From: Zetaproteobacteria bacterium CG1_02_55_237
GTDB lineage: Bacteria > Pseudomonadota > Zetaproteobacteria > Mariprofundales > Mariprofundaceae
DNA: 24,000 nt
Direction of reading: 5' to 3'
NCBI GenBank assembly: GCA_001871195.1
Contig: MNXA01000045.1
Coordinates: 21,845-45,844 of the forward strand
The translations under genes and the position numbers were made by a program. The stretch's first letter is position 1, and every line of letters begins with the position of its first letter. Below the pieces are notes generated by a model, which was not told where the DNA came from, did not search any database, and saw only the letters and a list, made by a program, of their open reading frames with translations. Shown here in pieces: positions 8,360 through 19,202 of the stretch.

Positions 8360-9106
8360 TCAGGGAGAAAGCGAAGCTTCGATATCAGCGAGGAAGGGAA
8401 AATATTCGATTAGCCAGCCGGACAGGGTGCTGAAGCTGCCCAGAAAGATCAGCAGACCGACGAGCATCAGCAGGATGCCGGATATAATTTCAACCATATG
8501 CAGATGCCTGCGAAAATCCTGCATCCACTGGATAAAGTGGTTGGTAGCAGCGGCAGCCAGCAGGAAGGGGATGCCCAGCCCGATGGAATAGACAGCCAGC
8601 AGGGCAGTGCCCTGCAATACATGGTTCTGCGCCCCGGCCATGGCCAGAATGGCGCCAAGGATGGGGCCGACACAGGGTGTCCAGCCGAAGGCAAAGGCAC
8701 TGCCCAGCACGACGGAGCCAAGGGCATGGCCGCCCTTGACCTTGTCCGTGTTCAGGTGCGCATCCATCATCAGGAAGGGGATACGGATCAGGCCGGTATA
8801 ATGCAGGCCGAAGATGAAAATAATGATGCCGGCGATTTTGCCCAGCACCTGCATATTGCCCAGCAGCCATTGGCCGATGAGCGTGGCGGAGGCGCCAAGT
8901 GCCACAAACACCAGACTGAAGCCCAGGATGAACCATAGCGACTGAACCATGGCCCGGCGGCGCACATCCGGTTGTTCGGTTTTCAGGGCATCGACGGAAA
9001 TGCCGCTGATATAGGAGAGGTAGGCGGGCACCAGTGGTAGAACGCATGGTGAAAGAAAGGATAAGAGGCCTGCAAGCAGGGCTCCGGCATAGGATATTTC
9101 AAGCAT
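8360..9106 (-). CDS. ccdA: Cytochrome c biogenesis thiol-disulfide transporter, CcdA/DsbD transmembrane-domain family
   Basis: 248-aa polytopic membrane protein with the two conserved cysteine motifs, LSPCVLPLVP and GWTPCVGPILG. Confidence 0.9.
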   Translation of the reverse strand: MLEISYAGALLAGLLSFLSPCVLPLVPAYLSYISGISVDALKTEQPDVRRRAMVQSLWFILGFSLVFVALGASATLIGQWLLGNMQVLGKIAGIIIFIFGLHYTGLIRIPFLMMDAHLNTDKVKGGHALGSVVLGSAFAFGWTPCVGPILGAILAMAGAQNHVLQGTALLAVYSIGLGIPFLLAAAATNHFIQWMQDFRRHLHMVEIISGILLMLVGLLIFLGSFSTLSGWLIEYFPFLADIEASLSP

Positions 9107-9124
9107 GGGTTACGTCCTTGGTTG

Positions 9125-9454
9125 TCATGGGTTCGATACGCTGGCGGTCTTTTCAACCCAGTCGGCATAAGCCTTTGCTGCCTGTGCTTCAAGCGCGATG
9201 ATCTCCGGGGTGTCGTAGGGGTGATGCTGCTGCAGCCAGCTGATAATCTCATTCCGGCGACTCAGGGGCGCCTTGATGCTCAGGTAGTATTCGCTGCTTT
9301 CCTGCAGTTTTCCATCCCAGTGATAGATTGAGGTTCCGGCAGCTGAAATCTGTACGCAAGCGGCCAACTGCTGTTCGATCAGACCGCGGGCCAGCGTTTT
9401 TGCGATGGACGCATCGTCAACGCTGGTTAATATGATGCCAACAAGGTGATTCAT
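9125..9454 (-). CDS. cutA: Divalent-cation tolerance protein CutA
   Basis: 109 aa, MNHLVGIILTSVDDASIAKTLARGLIEQQLAACVQI...SIYHWDGKLQESSEYYLSIK...HPYDTPEIIAL, the CutA1 family pattern. It lies upstream of a DsbD-type gene, as in the E. coli cutA-dsbD pair. Confidence 0.9.
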   Translation of the reverse strand: MNHLVGIILTSVDDASIAKTLARGLIEQQLAACVQISAAGTSIYHWDGKLQESSEYYLSIKAPLSRRNEIISWLQQHHPYDTPEIIALEAQAAKAYADWVEKTASVSNP

Positions 9455-9542
9455 CGCCGCATCCTACCCGACAGGGCGGTGAAGGGAATGTCGGGTCATT
9501 GTCACTCACGCAGCATGAGATGAGCGAACAAGAGGGGTAGTC

Positions 9543-11489
<1,947 letters not shown>

Positions 11490-11505
11490 GAGGCGGCATA
11501 AGGGC

Positions 11506-14268
11506 ATGAGTCCCGTTTCACTGCTCCGTCATCATACCGGCCGCATGGCCGGTCCGGCCCGCTGGTATCTGGCTGTGCTGGTCATGATGTCGCTGGGTTT
11601 GCTGGCAGCGCATTTTGCAGTGCAGGAGCATGTGCAGAAGAATATGCGGCTTGCCGTGCATGACTGGCTGCAGGAAAGCGGTGGCGATGTGCAGCATGTG
11701 CGCTACCACCTGTTGCGTGGTGCGCTGACCCTGGAAAAGGTGCACTGGGTCGGCAAGTCCGATGCGGGCATGGCGCTCGATGTGGAGCAGGTGTTTATCC
11801 AGACCTCGAGCCAGGTCATGTCTTCCAATAACCCGACATTCTCCCTGCTGCGTCTCGAACACCCGGTGCTCAGCCTGCGCCGTGCCACACTGCTTGGCTG
11901 GCTGCGCGGCAATCCTGCCAATGCCCTGCATGCTGTGGCTGAGCTGCAGCCGCATGCAAAAGCCGTTCTGGTGCATGATATGAGTCTGCGCCTTATTCCG
12001 GATGCCACTGCACCTGTTGCCAATGCTGTGCCGCTGCAAGGTATCAGCGGGCGTATTGCCGCTGATGGCATAAAACTCAGTGGCAAGCTCAATACCGGAT
12101 CGCTTGGCTTCGACGGGCATGTTGATGACGAGGGGGCATTGAGCGGCAACATCGCTCTTCTCGGTGTGCCTCTGGATGCACTGGCCTTCTGGCTTGGCTC
12201 CACCGCAAGCCCTGGGGTGTTAGCCAGCGGTGATGTGCAGGTGAATGGTGCTTGGGCCAAGCGTGATATTGCTATGCAGGGTGACTTGCAGTTGTACGAC
12301 AATAAGACTTCGGCTTCTCTGGCGATGCAGGGCAACTGGTCGGCAGCCGGCGTGAGCATGGAAATGACCTGCGGCAATGTTCCGCTGCTCGGGCTGCCTG
12401 TTGAATGGCCGACGATTGCCGGCAGAACCTTGGTAGCAGGCAGACTCAATGGTGTGCTGCATCTTGAGCGCGGTTGGCAGCAGGCGGGATGGAATGCCGG
12501 CATCAATGGCGAGTTACTGGAGCTTGGGCTGTATGGCGAACATCTGTCGGCGTGGAAGATCGGGCGTCTGCGCCTGAGCAAGGCGGAGCTGGTATCGGGA
12601 GACGGCAGGCTGACAGCCGCGGAAATGCATATTGCAGATGCCGATATCGAACTCAATGCATTTGCCGGTCCGGATGATGTGCCGGCAGTGCTCACCCCCG
12701 AGATTGGCAAGCTGAGCTTGCAGCATATTCACCCGAAATTGTTTTTTGCCGATGGTTCCGAGCTGGTTTTACCCGAACTGGAAGGGTCGGGGAGCCTGGG
12801 TCGGTTTGGGACGGTGGCGCTGTCGAGCCCGAAGCCGGCAGAGGATGCAGGGCCCGGGCCGCATGAAACGTGGAAGATGAAGGTGGAGGGGGACGTGTTT
12901 GCCGACTGGCAGGCACAACTGAAGGCGGGGCATGTGCCCGTCGTTCGCCTGCGCCCGCTGCTGCCGGATATTTCGCTGCCGGGGGAGCAGGGCGTTCCCG
13001 AATACAGTGGCCATGCTGATGTGTCGCTGCAACTAAGGTCGGCTGCGCATGGTCTGCAAGCCATGGGTGGCGCGGTTCTGCACGATGTGCGCATGGTGCA
13101 GGGCGGCGATCAGCTGAGTGCGGTGCGTATTGATGTGGATATTACAAATGTCGGCAGCGATGGCAGTCGCAAACTTTCCCGAGTGCAGCTCAGCGACTGG
13201 CTGTATCAGTTGGGGCTTCGACCACTGGCGCGGGCGGCACCGCCTGCCCGGAGCCCGGTTGCTGCGCAGGCAACGGACTCACAGAGCCCAAGCGAAGGCG
13301 TGGCAAATCAGGCACCGCTTGCAGCACAGCCTGTGCCATCACCGGCCCTGAACTGGGAGCTTGCCGAGTTCAGCGCCGAGAATGGGCGCATCAGTCTGGG
13401 GCAGTCCGAAGCCCTGATTGCCGAAAAGCTTTTGCTGCGCGCGCATCATTTATCCAGCGGCGCGCTTTCCCCGTTTACATTGAGTGGCGAGTTCGCTGGC
13501 GGCGATCTGCTCAGTCAGGGCAAGCTGCAATTACAGCCTGCTTTCAACATGACTTCTAAAACCAGTATCAACAATGCACTGCCCTTTGCCTTCAACAACT
13601 GGATGCGGCTTTCGGGCATGCCGCGTTTTGTGCGCGGCCGTTGGAATGCGGTACTCAACATCGGCTCGGATGGCCCTGCGGCGGATCGCGCTTATACCGG
13701 CAAGCTGATTGTTGGTTTGTATCAGGGCTTGATGGAGGCCGGGGCTTTCCCGGAAGACCCCATGCTGCAACGGACCGGCTACAGGGCGCAGGATCTTCTT
13801 GAGCGATTGAATACCGCACGCAAGGTCAGTTTGTCGATTCCATTTCAGGGCGCATGGGATGCGTCGTTGCTGACCGACACGCTGGGCGAAGCAGGTATGG
13901 CCGTGCTCAAGAAAGCCGGATCAGAAGCCGATATTTCCGGGAAACATGCTGTGCCCCCAGTGAGCAAGCTTACCCGCCTGCGTTTGCAGGGAAAGAAGGG
14001 TTTTTCACACAACGAACGTGTTCGTCTGCGGCAAATGGTCAAGCAGCTGCATGCGGACAAGACGTTGATTGTGGAGCTGACGCCGCAACTGGGGACTGCC
14101 CCGCTGGATGCCGAGATGATCAATCGTGTCGTTTACAGTCAGGGGCTGGTTGAGCGCTTCCTGCGCCGCATGGGCATTGCCAGCAAGCGCATCTATCCGG
14201 TCTGGCCGCAACCCGTGCACCAGCGCGGCGATGCCCCCGGCCTGCTGCTGCAAGCTCGCCCATCCTGA
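11506..14268 (+). CDS. Large membrane-anchored protein, DUF748/AsmA-like (function unknown)
   Basis: 920-aa ORF starting 17 nt after the acs stop, with a TAGGAGG upstream. It has one N-terminal hydrophobic helix (WYLAVLVMMSLGLLAAHF). Beyond that are repeated beta-rich segments of the AsmA/DUF748 style (VQHVRYHLLRGALTLEKVHW...LRLEHPVLSL). There is a Pro/Ala/Ser-rich linker (AAPPARSPVAAQATDSQSPSEGVANQAPLAAQPVPSP). The family call is from memory of the pattern only. Confidence 0.5.
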   Translation: MSPVSLLRHHTGRMAGPARWYLAVLVMMSLGLLAAHFAVQEHVQKNMRLAVHDWLQESGGDVQHVRYHLLRGALTLEKVHWVGKSDAGMALDVEQVFIQTSSQVMSSNNPTFSLLRLEHPVLSLRRATLLGWLRGNPANALHAVAELQPHAKAVLVHDMSLRLIPDATAPVANAVPLQGISGRIAADGIKLSGKLNTGSLGFDGHVDDEGALSGNIALLGVPLDALAFWLGSTASPGVLASGDVQVNGAWAKRDIAMQGDLQLYDNKTSASLAMQGNWSAAGVSMEMTCGNVPLLGLPVEWPTIAGRTLVAGRLNGVLHLERGWQQAGWNAGINGELLELGLYGEHLSAWKIGRLRLSKAELVSGDGRLTAAEMHIADADIELNAFAGPDDVPAVLTPEIGKLSLQHIHPKLFFADGSELVLPELEGSGSLGRFGTVALSSPKPAEDAGPGPHETWKMKVEGDVFADWQAQLKAGHVPVVRLRPLLPDISLPGEQGVPEYSGHADVSLQLRSAAHGLQAMGGAVLHDVRMVQGGDQLSAVRIDVDITNVGSDGSRKLSRVQLSDWLYQLGLRPLARAAPPARSPVAAQATDSQSPSEGVANQAPLAAQPVPSPALNWELAEFSAENGRISLGQSEALIAEKLLLRAHHLSSGALSPFTLSGEFAGGDLLSQGKLQLQPAFNMTSKTSINNALPFAFNNWMRLSGMPRFVRGRWNAVLNIGSDGPAADRAYTGKLIVGLYQGLMEAGAFPEDPMLQRTGYRAQDLLERLNTARKVSLSIPFQGAWDASLLTDTLGEAGMAVLKKAGSEADISGKHAVPPVSKLTRLRLQGKKGFSHNERVRLRQMVKQLHADKTLIVELTPQLGTAPLDAEMINRVVYSQGLVERFLRRMGIASKRIYPVWPQPVHQRGDAPGLLLQARPS

Positions 14269-14400
14269 TTCACCCTGCTCCTCAGTAGATCCGTATCTTT
14301 CTCATCAATGGCCGGAAGCCGCCACTTAGATATTGCAGCAGGGTAGGTCAAAGTATGATGCCCCCGGAATTTCCGTGATGGAGACTTTCCCCGAAGCCCC

Positions 14401-14715
14401 CTAACCAGTGATAGATGCCGTATCCCACATGACGTTATCGCCTGCCGCTGTTGCCGCTGAAAGCAAGTCAATCAGAGGCGACGCCCGATGCGCCATGCTT
14501 ACCGCCGGCTCATCCGGATCGTCACTTTCAACCGGCGATGGGCCTTTTCCTGCTTCAACAGCTGCCTTTAATCGACTTAGCGCCGCCGGCACATCTGCAG
14601 CCAGTATAGCTCCGGGTACGCTTGGGCTGTGCCCCATCATTTTCACCATGCCAAGCGCCACATCCTCAAGCATGGTGATGCCGGCATGGGTCTTCGTTTT
14701 AAATGTTATAGGCAT
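14401..14715 (-). CDS. DUF1840 domain-containing protein
   Basis: 104 aa, MPITFKTKTHAGITMLEDVALGMVKMMGHSPSVPGAILAADVPAALSRLKAAVEA. This resembles the DUF1840 N-terminal pattern (MxITFKSxAxAxVxM...). There is a GAGGAG SD 5 nt upstream. Confidence 0.7.
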   Translation of the reverse strand: MPITFKTKTHAGITMLEDVALGMVKMMGHSPSVPGAILAADVPAALSRLKAAVEAGKGPSPVESDDPDEPAVSMAHRASPLIDLLSAATAAGDNVMWDTASITG

Positions 14716-14777
14716 ATTGTTCTCCTCGTGTGATGCAGCATGTCACAGCGCACCATCTGCGCATATCTTTATCGTTT

Positions 14778-17288
14778 TCAATGGGTGAACTGAGGTGTCT
14801 CATCGCCCTGTTTCCTGCCCAAAAGGGGCATGGCAGTCGGATCGAATACCCGGTAGGCCAGCAGTTTCACGCGGTCATTGATCAGGAACCAGAGCAGCGC
14901 ATAACCCCACACGAACATCGCCCAGCCCCAGCCGAGCGGAGTCATAAACAGTCCATAAACCGCAATCAATGTCGCAATAACCTGTGTGCCGACCACCGCG
15001 AGCAGCAAAATCGACGCGGGACGTATGGACCAGAACGGACCGCGTGTGCGCGTCACAAAAATCGTCAGATGTCCTGCCACGGACAGCATCAGGTACATCA
15101 GCGTCTGGATGTGCGCATGATCGAGGTGATAAACACGTTCGCCGAGGTAAAACAGACCAAACGCAGCGACGGGTCCGATGACGCCCAGCACCGTCGCGAC
15201 GCCCAGCACCATGCGCATATTCCATGCCTCGGGTTTATCCTTGTAGTGCACGTTGTCATAGGCAATGGAGAGGATGGCCCCGTCGTTGAGCAAGGCCAGC
15301 ATTACAATCATCACCGCCGTCAATGGATAGAAGTTAAACACCAGAATCGCCAGCGTCATGAATAACAACACGCGCAGCGTCTCGGCGATACGGTAGATCG
15401 CATAGCTGTTCATGCGCTGGAATATTTTCCGGCTCTCCTTGATCGCGTCTATAATCACCGTCAGACCGGGAGTCATCAGCACAATGTCCGCCGCCGCGCG
15501 CGCCGCATCGGTCGCGCCGGAAACGGCGATGCCGCAGTCCGCCTTCTTCAGTGCGGGTGCATCGTTCACCCCGTCGCCGGTCATGCCGACGATATGGCCG
15601 CGTTGTTGCAGGACATCGATAATGTGGAACTTGTGCGCGGGGAATACCTGGGCGAATCCGTCCGCATGTTCGATGGAGTCCGCCAACTGTGCGGTCTCGT
15701 CATGCTTGGTGTCCCCGAAGCCACTGGCATCCAGAATGTTGCCGCCCAGGCCGAGTTTATTGGAGGTTTCGCTTGCAATGGCCAAGGCATCGCCCGTCAC
15801 CATCTTCACGCTTAATCCCATCTGGCGGGCAGTAGCGATGGTCGATTTTGCCTGCTCGCGCGGAGGATCGAACATGGGCAACACGCCTATAAACTGCCAC
15901 GCTCCGCCTCCATCGGCCCGCGCCACTCCCAGCGAGCGGAAGCCGCGCGCCGCAAATTCATCGACGGCCTTATTAACGGCAGAGGTCACTTCATCGGCAT
16001 TGGCAGACAATTCCAGAATCACCTGCGGCGCGCCCTTGGTCACCTTGAATTGTTTGCCATCCGCACCCTTGACCGTGGCCTCGGTGCGCTTGTGCACAGG
16101 GTCGAACGGCATGAAATGCAAGGCCTGATAGTCTTTCAAAGCCTGATCATCTTGCAGGCCGCCCAGCACGGCCAGATCAATCGTGTCCTGGTTGTCGGCG
16201 CGTGATGCGAGTGCAGCGTTGAGGATGAGCTGTTCAGGACTCATGCCGTCGATGCTGAATGGATCTCCCAAGGTCAGTTTGTTCTGGGTCAGCGTGCCTG
16301 TCTTATCCGAACACAGAATGTCTACACCCGCCAATTCCTCGATAGCGGCCAGGCGTGTCACAATCGCCTCCTTCTTGGCCAGCAGGCGTGCGCCGACCGC
16401 CATGGTGACCGACAGCACCGTGGGCATTGCCACCGGAATCGCGGCCACGGTCAAAACCAGCGCGAACTGCAATGTGGTGAGCATCGGGTCGCCGCGGAAC
16501 AGTGCAACGGCAATAATCACCGTCACCAGAGCTACCGCGAGGATGATCAGGTAGTTGCCGATTTTCAGCACCGCGCGCTGGAAATGGCTGGCCGTCTGTG
16601 CCCCCTGCACCAGTTGCGCCGTCTTGCCGAAGTAGGTGTTCGCACCCGTGGCATACACCAGTGCATCGATTTCGCCGGTGCGGATGATCGAACCTGAAAA
16701 CACCGCATCGCCGGATTGGCGTGTGACGGGCAACGATTCCCCCGTCAGCGCCGACTGGTCCACCTCGATCGGATCACCTTCCAGCAGACGCGCATCCGCC
16801 GGAACGATGTCGCCCAGGCGCAGGTGGATGACGTCACCCGGCACCAGTTCGCGCGCCGCAGGGCTTATCCACTTGCCAGCGCGTTTCACCTGAGCCTTGA
16901 TTGCCAGTGTGGCCTTGAGAGCCTCGATGGCATTGCCCGCCTGATGCTCTTCCCAGAATCCGACCACGGCGTTGGCCACCAGCAGGGTGAGAATAATGAA
17001 GAAATCCGGCCAATGTTGTGCAACCGCCGAAAGGACCACGGCAGCTTCGATCATCCACGGAATCGGCCCCCAGAAATAGCTGAGGAATTTCAATAAGGCA
17101 TTGGTTTTCTTTTCTTCAATTTCGTTGGGCCCGTATTGGCTCAGTCGTTTCTGCGCTTCATCCTGACTCAAGCCATCCGGCGACGAGCCGAGCTTGGTCA
17201 GCAAATCCGGCATGGGCATTGATTTCAGTTCCCCCCCGGCTTCGTCGCTGGCTACGGCAGGATTTGTCTGCTCTGAATTGGATTCCAT
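14778..17288 (-). CDS. Plasma-membrane-type proton-efflux P-type ATPase (P3A subfamily)
   Basis: 836 aa. Motifs: TGES (ALTGESLPV), phosphorylation site CSDKTGTLTQNKLT, MVTGDALAIASETSNKLGLG and GMTGDGVNDAPALKKADCGIAV. The N-terminus (GLSQDEAQKRLSQYGPNEIEEKK) and overall size match plant/fungal-type H+-ATPases rather than the Kdp, Cu or Ca types. Confidence 0.92.
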   Translation of the reverse strand: MESNSEQTNPAVASDEAGGELKSMPMPDLLTKLGSSPDGLSQDEAQKRLSQYGPNEIEEKKTNALLKFLSYFWGPIPWMIEAAVVLSAVAQHWPDFFIILTLLVANAVVGFWEEHQAGNAIEALKATLAIKAQVKRAGKWISPAARELVPGDVIHLRLGDIVPADARLLEGDPIEVDQSALTGESLPVTRQSGDAVFSGSIIRTGEIDALVYATGANTYFGKTAQLVQGAQTASHFQRAVLKIGNYLIILAVALVTVIIAVALFRGDPMLTTLQFALVLTVAAIPVAMPTVLSVTMAVGARLLAKKEAIVTRLAAIEELAGVDILCSDKTGTLTQNKLTLGDPFSIDGMSPEQLILNAALASRADNQDTIDLAVLGGLQDDQALKDYQALHFMPFDPVHKRTEATVKGADGKQFKVTKGAPQVILELSANADEVTSAVNKAVDEFAARGFRSLGVARADGGGAWQFIGVLPMFDPPREQAKSTIATARQMGLSVKMVTGDALAIASETSNKLGLGGNILDASGFGDTKHDETAQLADSIEHADGFAQVFPAHKFHIIDVLQQRGHIVGMTGDGVNDAPALKKADCGIAVSGATDAARAAADIVLMTPGLTVIIDAIKESRKIFQRMNSYAIYRIAETLRVLLFMTLAILVFNFYPLTAVMIVMLALLNDGAILSIAYDNVHYKDKPEAWNMRMVLGVATVLGVIGPVAAFGLFYLGERVYHLDHAHIQTLMYLMLSVAGHLTIFVTRTRGPFWSIRPASILLLAVVGTQVIATLIAVYGLFMTPLGWGWAMFVWGYALLWFLINDRVKLLAYRVFDPTAMPLLGRKQGDETPQFTH

Positions 17289-17367
17289 GATGGGTATTCT
17301 CCTGTCGCTTCAATGCCGAAGTTTCGTCAGTTCTTGCGGCTAAGGCAGGTTAGCGTGCCATAGCCAA

Positions 17368-17394
17368 GGAGGTGCTGAACAAATCAGCATCTCC
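17368..17394 (-). other. Stem-loop in the STAS/ATPase spacer (possible processing, stability or attenuation hairpin)
   Basis: Minus strand GGAGATGCTGA-TTTGT-TCAGCACCTCC: an 11-bp stem with one A.C mismatch, starting 10 nt after the STAS stop codon. No U-run follows, so it is not a canonical terminator. Confidence 0.3.
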
Positions 17395-17403
17395 CTAAAG
17401 GCG

Positions 17404-17766
17404 TTATGTCTCTTCCAGCCACATGCGTGCTCGAGCAGCATCGGCGTGATCGAAATATCGGACTGCTGCTTTCGTAAAGGGCTTGCAGAAAACAGCCATG
17501 CCCTGCTGCCACTTCCTGTCTCCAACCATGGCTAGGCGTTCAATGTCGGCGAAGTGTTCGATGCCGAACTTGAAATCCTCCCAGGCCGCACTGAGCTCCC
17601 ATCCGTGAAAGTCAGGCATATCAAACAGCAGGTTCAATTTTCCGTGTTGCCGAATGAGTCGTTCGAATGCGGGCACAAATTGCGCGTAATCGGCCTTCAC
17701 CAACTTTCCGCTGACGTGAACGACAAGCACCCTGCCGTCATTTTCTTCATTGAATTGAATCGACAT
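17404..17766 (-). CDS. STAS/SpoIIAA-like domain protein (DUF3478-type)
   Basis: 120 aa from ATG 17766, with SD AGGAGTG 5 nt upstream: [88 protein letters not shown]. This is the characteristic SpoIIAA-like/STAS-SEC14 pattern. The track ORF's 29-codon extension (to 17853) is a PPK2 remnant, not part of this gene. Confidence 0.85.
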   Translation of the reverse strand: MSIQFNEENDGRVLVVHVSGKLVKADYAQFVPAFERLIRQHGKLNLLFDMPDFHGWELSAAWEDFKFGIEHFADIERLAMVGDRKWQQGMAVFCKPFTKAAVRYFDHADAARARMWLEET

Positions 17767-17772
17767 GTTCAC

Positions 17773-17830
17773 TCCTATTGCCGTTTCCGGGTGACTTCCG
17801 CTCAGGCCGTTTAGCCCGCGAAGCAGGTCG
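17773..17830 (-). pseudogene. Remnant of a PPK2 3' end
   Basis: 17773-17800 (TCCTATTGCCGTTTCCGGGTGACTTCCG) matches 19271-19298 (TCCTTATGCCGTTCCCGGGTGACTTCCG) inside the intact PPK2 gene. Translated, LLRGLNGLSGSHPETAIG compares with [19 protein letters not shown]. Similarity decays beyond ~17830. Confidence 0.55.
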
Positions 17831-17849
17831 CGGGAAAGCGGAACAGGGA

Positions 17850-19112
17850 TCACGCCTTCTCCTCATTTACACGGAACACGCACTGCCCTTGCAGGGCGTG
17901 GTGGCCGATGATGGCCGCTGCAGCACTCCACCCCTGATGCCTTGTTCCGCCGGGTGTGAGGTGCTTGCCGTGAATGAACTCGGGAAACCCCCATGCCTCG
18001 CCGTCCATCACCAGTGCATTGGCGCGATGTATGGCCTGCAAATACCTGTTTGCCTCAGTCATTCGCCGCCGCCGCACCAGATCCGCCACATAAAATCCAG
18101 TCACCACGGGCCACAGTCCGCCATTGTGGAATTCATATGGTTTGTTCTTGAAGGTATACGAAAACATCACATGCAGATCTTTCCAGTCCTCATCCACAGG
18201 TTCGATCACCGGGTGAAATGCGGGCAGTAATGGCAGTTGCTCATTTACCACCTCCGCAGCAATATATTCATCGACCTTGCGGCATCGGGCGTCATCGGAG
18301 ATATCCAGCAACGATACCAGCACATTGGCCATGGCATCGAAGCGATAACCGTAGCCGCCTGGTGAGAAGAAAGGCATCCAGTGCTGTCCGGCACCGTGCG
18401 ACGGGACGAGAGCCCGCCCCTTTTCATAGAGCACTTCATGGTAAATGTCATCAGGTGTTTTCTTGTCATCCTCAAACCAGTAGTTGGTGCGGATGAGGTG
18501 ACGCAGGCGACTTATCTTCTCGTTGAGAGCATGGTCAATCGAACCATGTGCTGCCGCCCGCATGCGGGCCAGTGTACGTTGCGCCTGCAGATACAACACC
18601 TGATCGTAAAGCACATAACCGTTATGCAGATACTCGTCAGCCCAGTCGCCGGTCAGCGGGACATAAATAAGTCCGCGGTTATTGAACTCCCAGGCGCCGA
18701 GCAGAAAGCGGGCCTTTTCGATAGCAGGCAGTAAATGCTCGAGGAATTCATCATCGCCGGTTGCCAGCCAGTATTCACCACAACCGATGATATACCAGAG
18801 ATCGGCATCAACTCGGCCGGTGGTGCCACCGTAACTGACCCGCTTTGTGGCGGTATCGACATTGCTTGGTATCTCGCCATGTGGCCCCTGATAGGCTGCC
18901 AGGGTCTCGAAGGTACGCCGGGCCACCTTGATCAACTCCTTATCCCCGCTGAGTAGTGCGGCCAGCGAGATAATCGCTCCATCGCGCGCCCAGATCCGCC
19001 GGTAGTTGTCGTGATCGCTGGGGCTGGCCACGAACCCGTCCGCCGTCACACATGCGTGAAGCAGTGCCAGTGCCCTGTTGTAACCTTCTTCCACTACGGA
19101 ATTCTGATGCAT
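17850..19112 (-). CDS. (alpha/alpha)6-barrel glycoside hydrolase, GH100 (alkaline/neutral invertase)-like or GDE_C (amylo-alpha-1,6-glucosidase)-like; substrate unknown
   Basis: 420 aa. Motifs: GFVASPSDHDNYRRIWARDGAI, GEIPSNV, GRVDADLWYII, GDWADEY, NGGLWPVVTGFY and GFPEFIHG...HQGWSAAAAI. This order of acidic/aromatic motifs is typical of that glycosidase fold. The exact family was not resolved without a search. Confidence 0.75.
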   Translation of the reverse strand: MHQNSVVEEGYNRALALLHACVTADGFVASPSDHDNYRRIWARDGAIISLAALLSGDKELIKVARRTFETLAAYQGPHGEIPSNVDTATKRVSYGGTTGRVDADLWYIIGCGEYWLATGDDEFLEHLLPAIEKARFLLGAWEFNNRGLIYVPLTGDWADEYLHNGYVLYDQVLYLQAQRTLARMRAAAHGSIDHALNEKISRLRHLIRTNYWFEDDKKTPDDIYHEVLYEKGRALVPSHGAGQHWMPFFSPGGYGYRFDAMANVLVSLLDISDDARCRKVDEYIAAEVVNEQLPLLPAFHPVIEPVDEDWKDLHVMFSYTFKNKPYEFHNGGLWPVVTGFYVADLVRRRRMTEANRYLQAIHRANALVMDGEAWGFPEFIHGKHLTPGGTRHQGWSAAAAIIGHHALQGQCVFRVNEEKA

Positions 19113-19118
19113 GTCCGG

Positions 19119-19202
19119 TCACTCCAGCGCAGGGCCGATGCCTGCATTTTGAGCAGCGAAGATATTGTTCCGTGTATTTTCTTCGTTAAATTGAATCGAC
19201 AT
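19119..19202 (-). pseudogene. Remnant of a STAS-gene 5' end (27-codon ORF)
   Basis: Minus strand GTGAACATGTCGATTCAATTTAACGAAGAAAAT matches the start of the intact STAS gene (GTGAACATGTCGATTCAATTCAATGAAGAAAAT at 17772..17740). It encodes MSIQFNEEN, then diverges and stops ([27 protein letters not shown]). It overlaps the last codons of PPK2 in another frame. Confidence 0.6.

Noticed and set aside
14716-14777. Imperfect hairpin TGTGATGC-A-GCAT(GT)CACA between the ATPase stop and the DUF1840 start, considered as a possible terminator.
   Set aside because: The stem is short and bulged, with no U-run, and it sits immediately before the DUF1840 SD. That is insufficient to call a terminator.
17767-17853. 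29-codon N-terminal extension of the STAS ORF (track start 17853), overlapping the glycosidase stop.
   Set aside because: The STAS family begins at MSIQFNEEN, which has a good SD. The upstream in-frame stretch is the decayed PPK2 3' remnant and is open in frame by chance.
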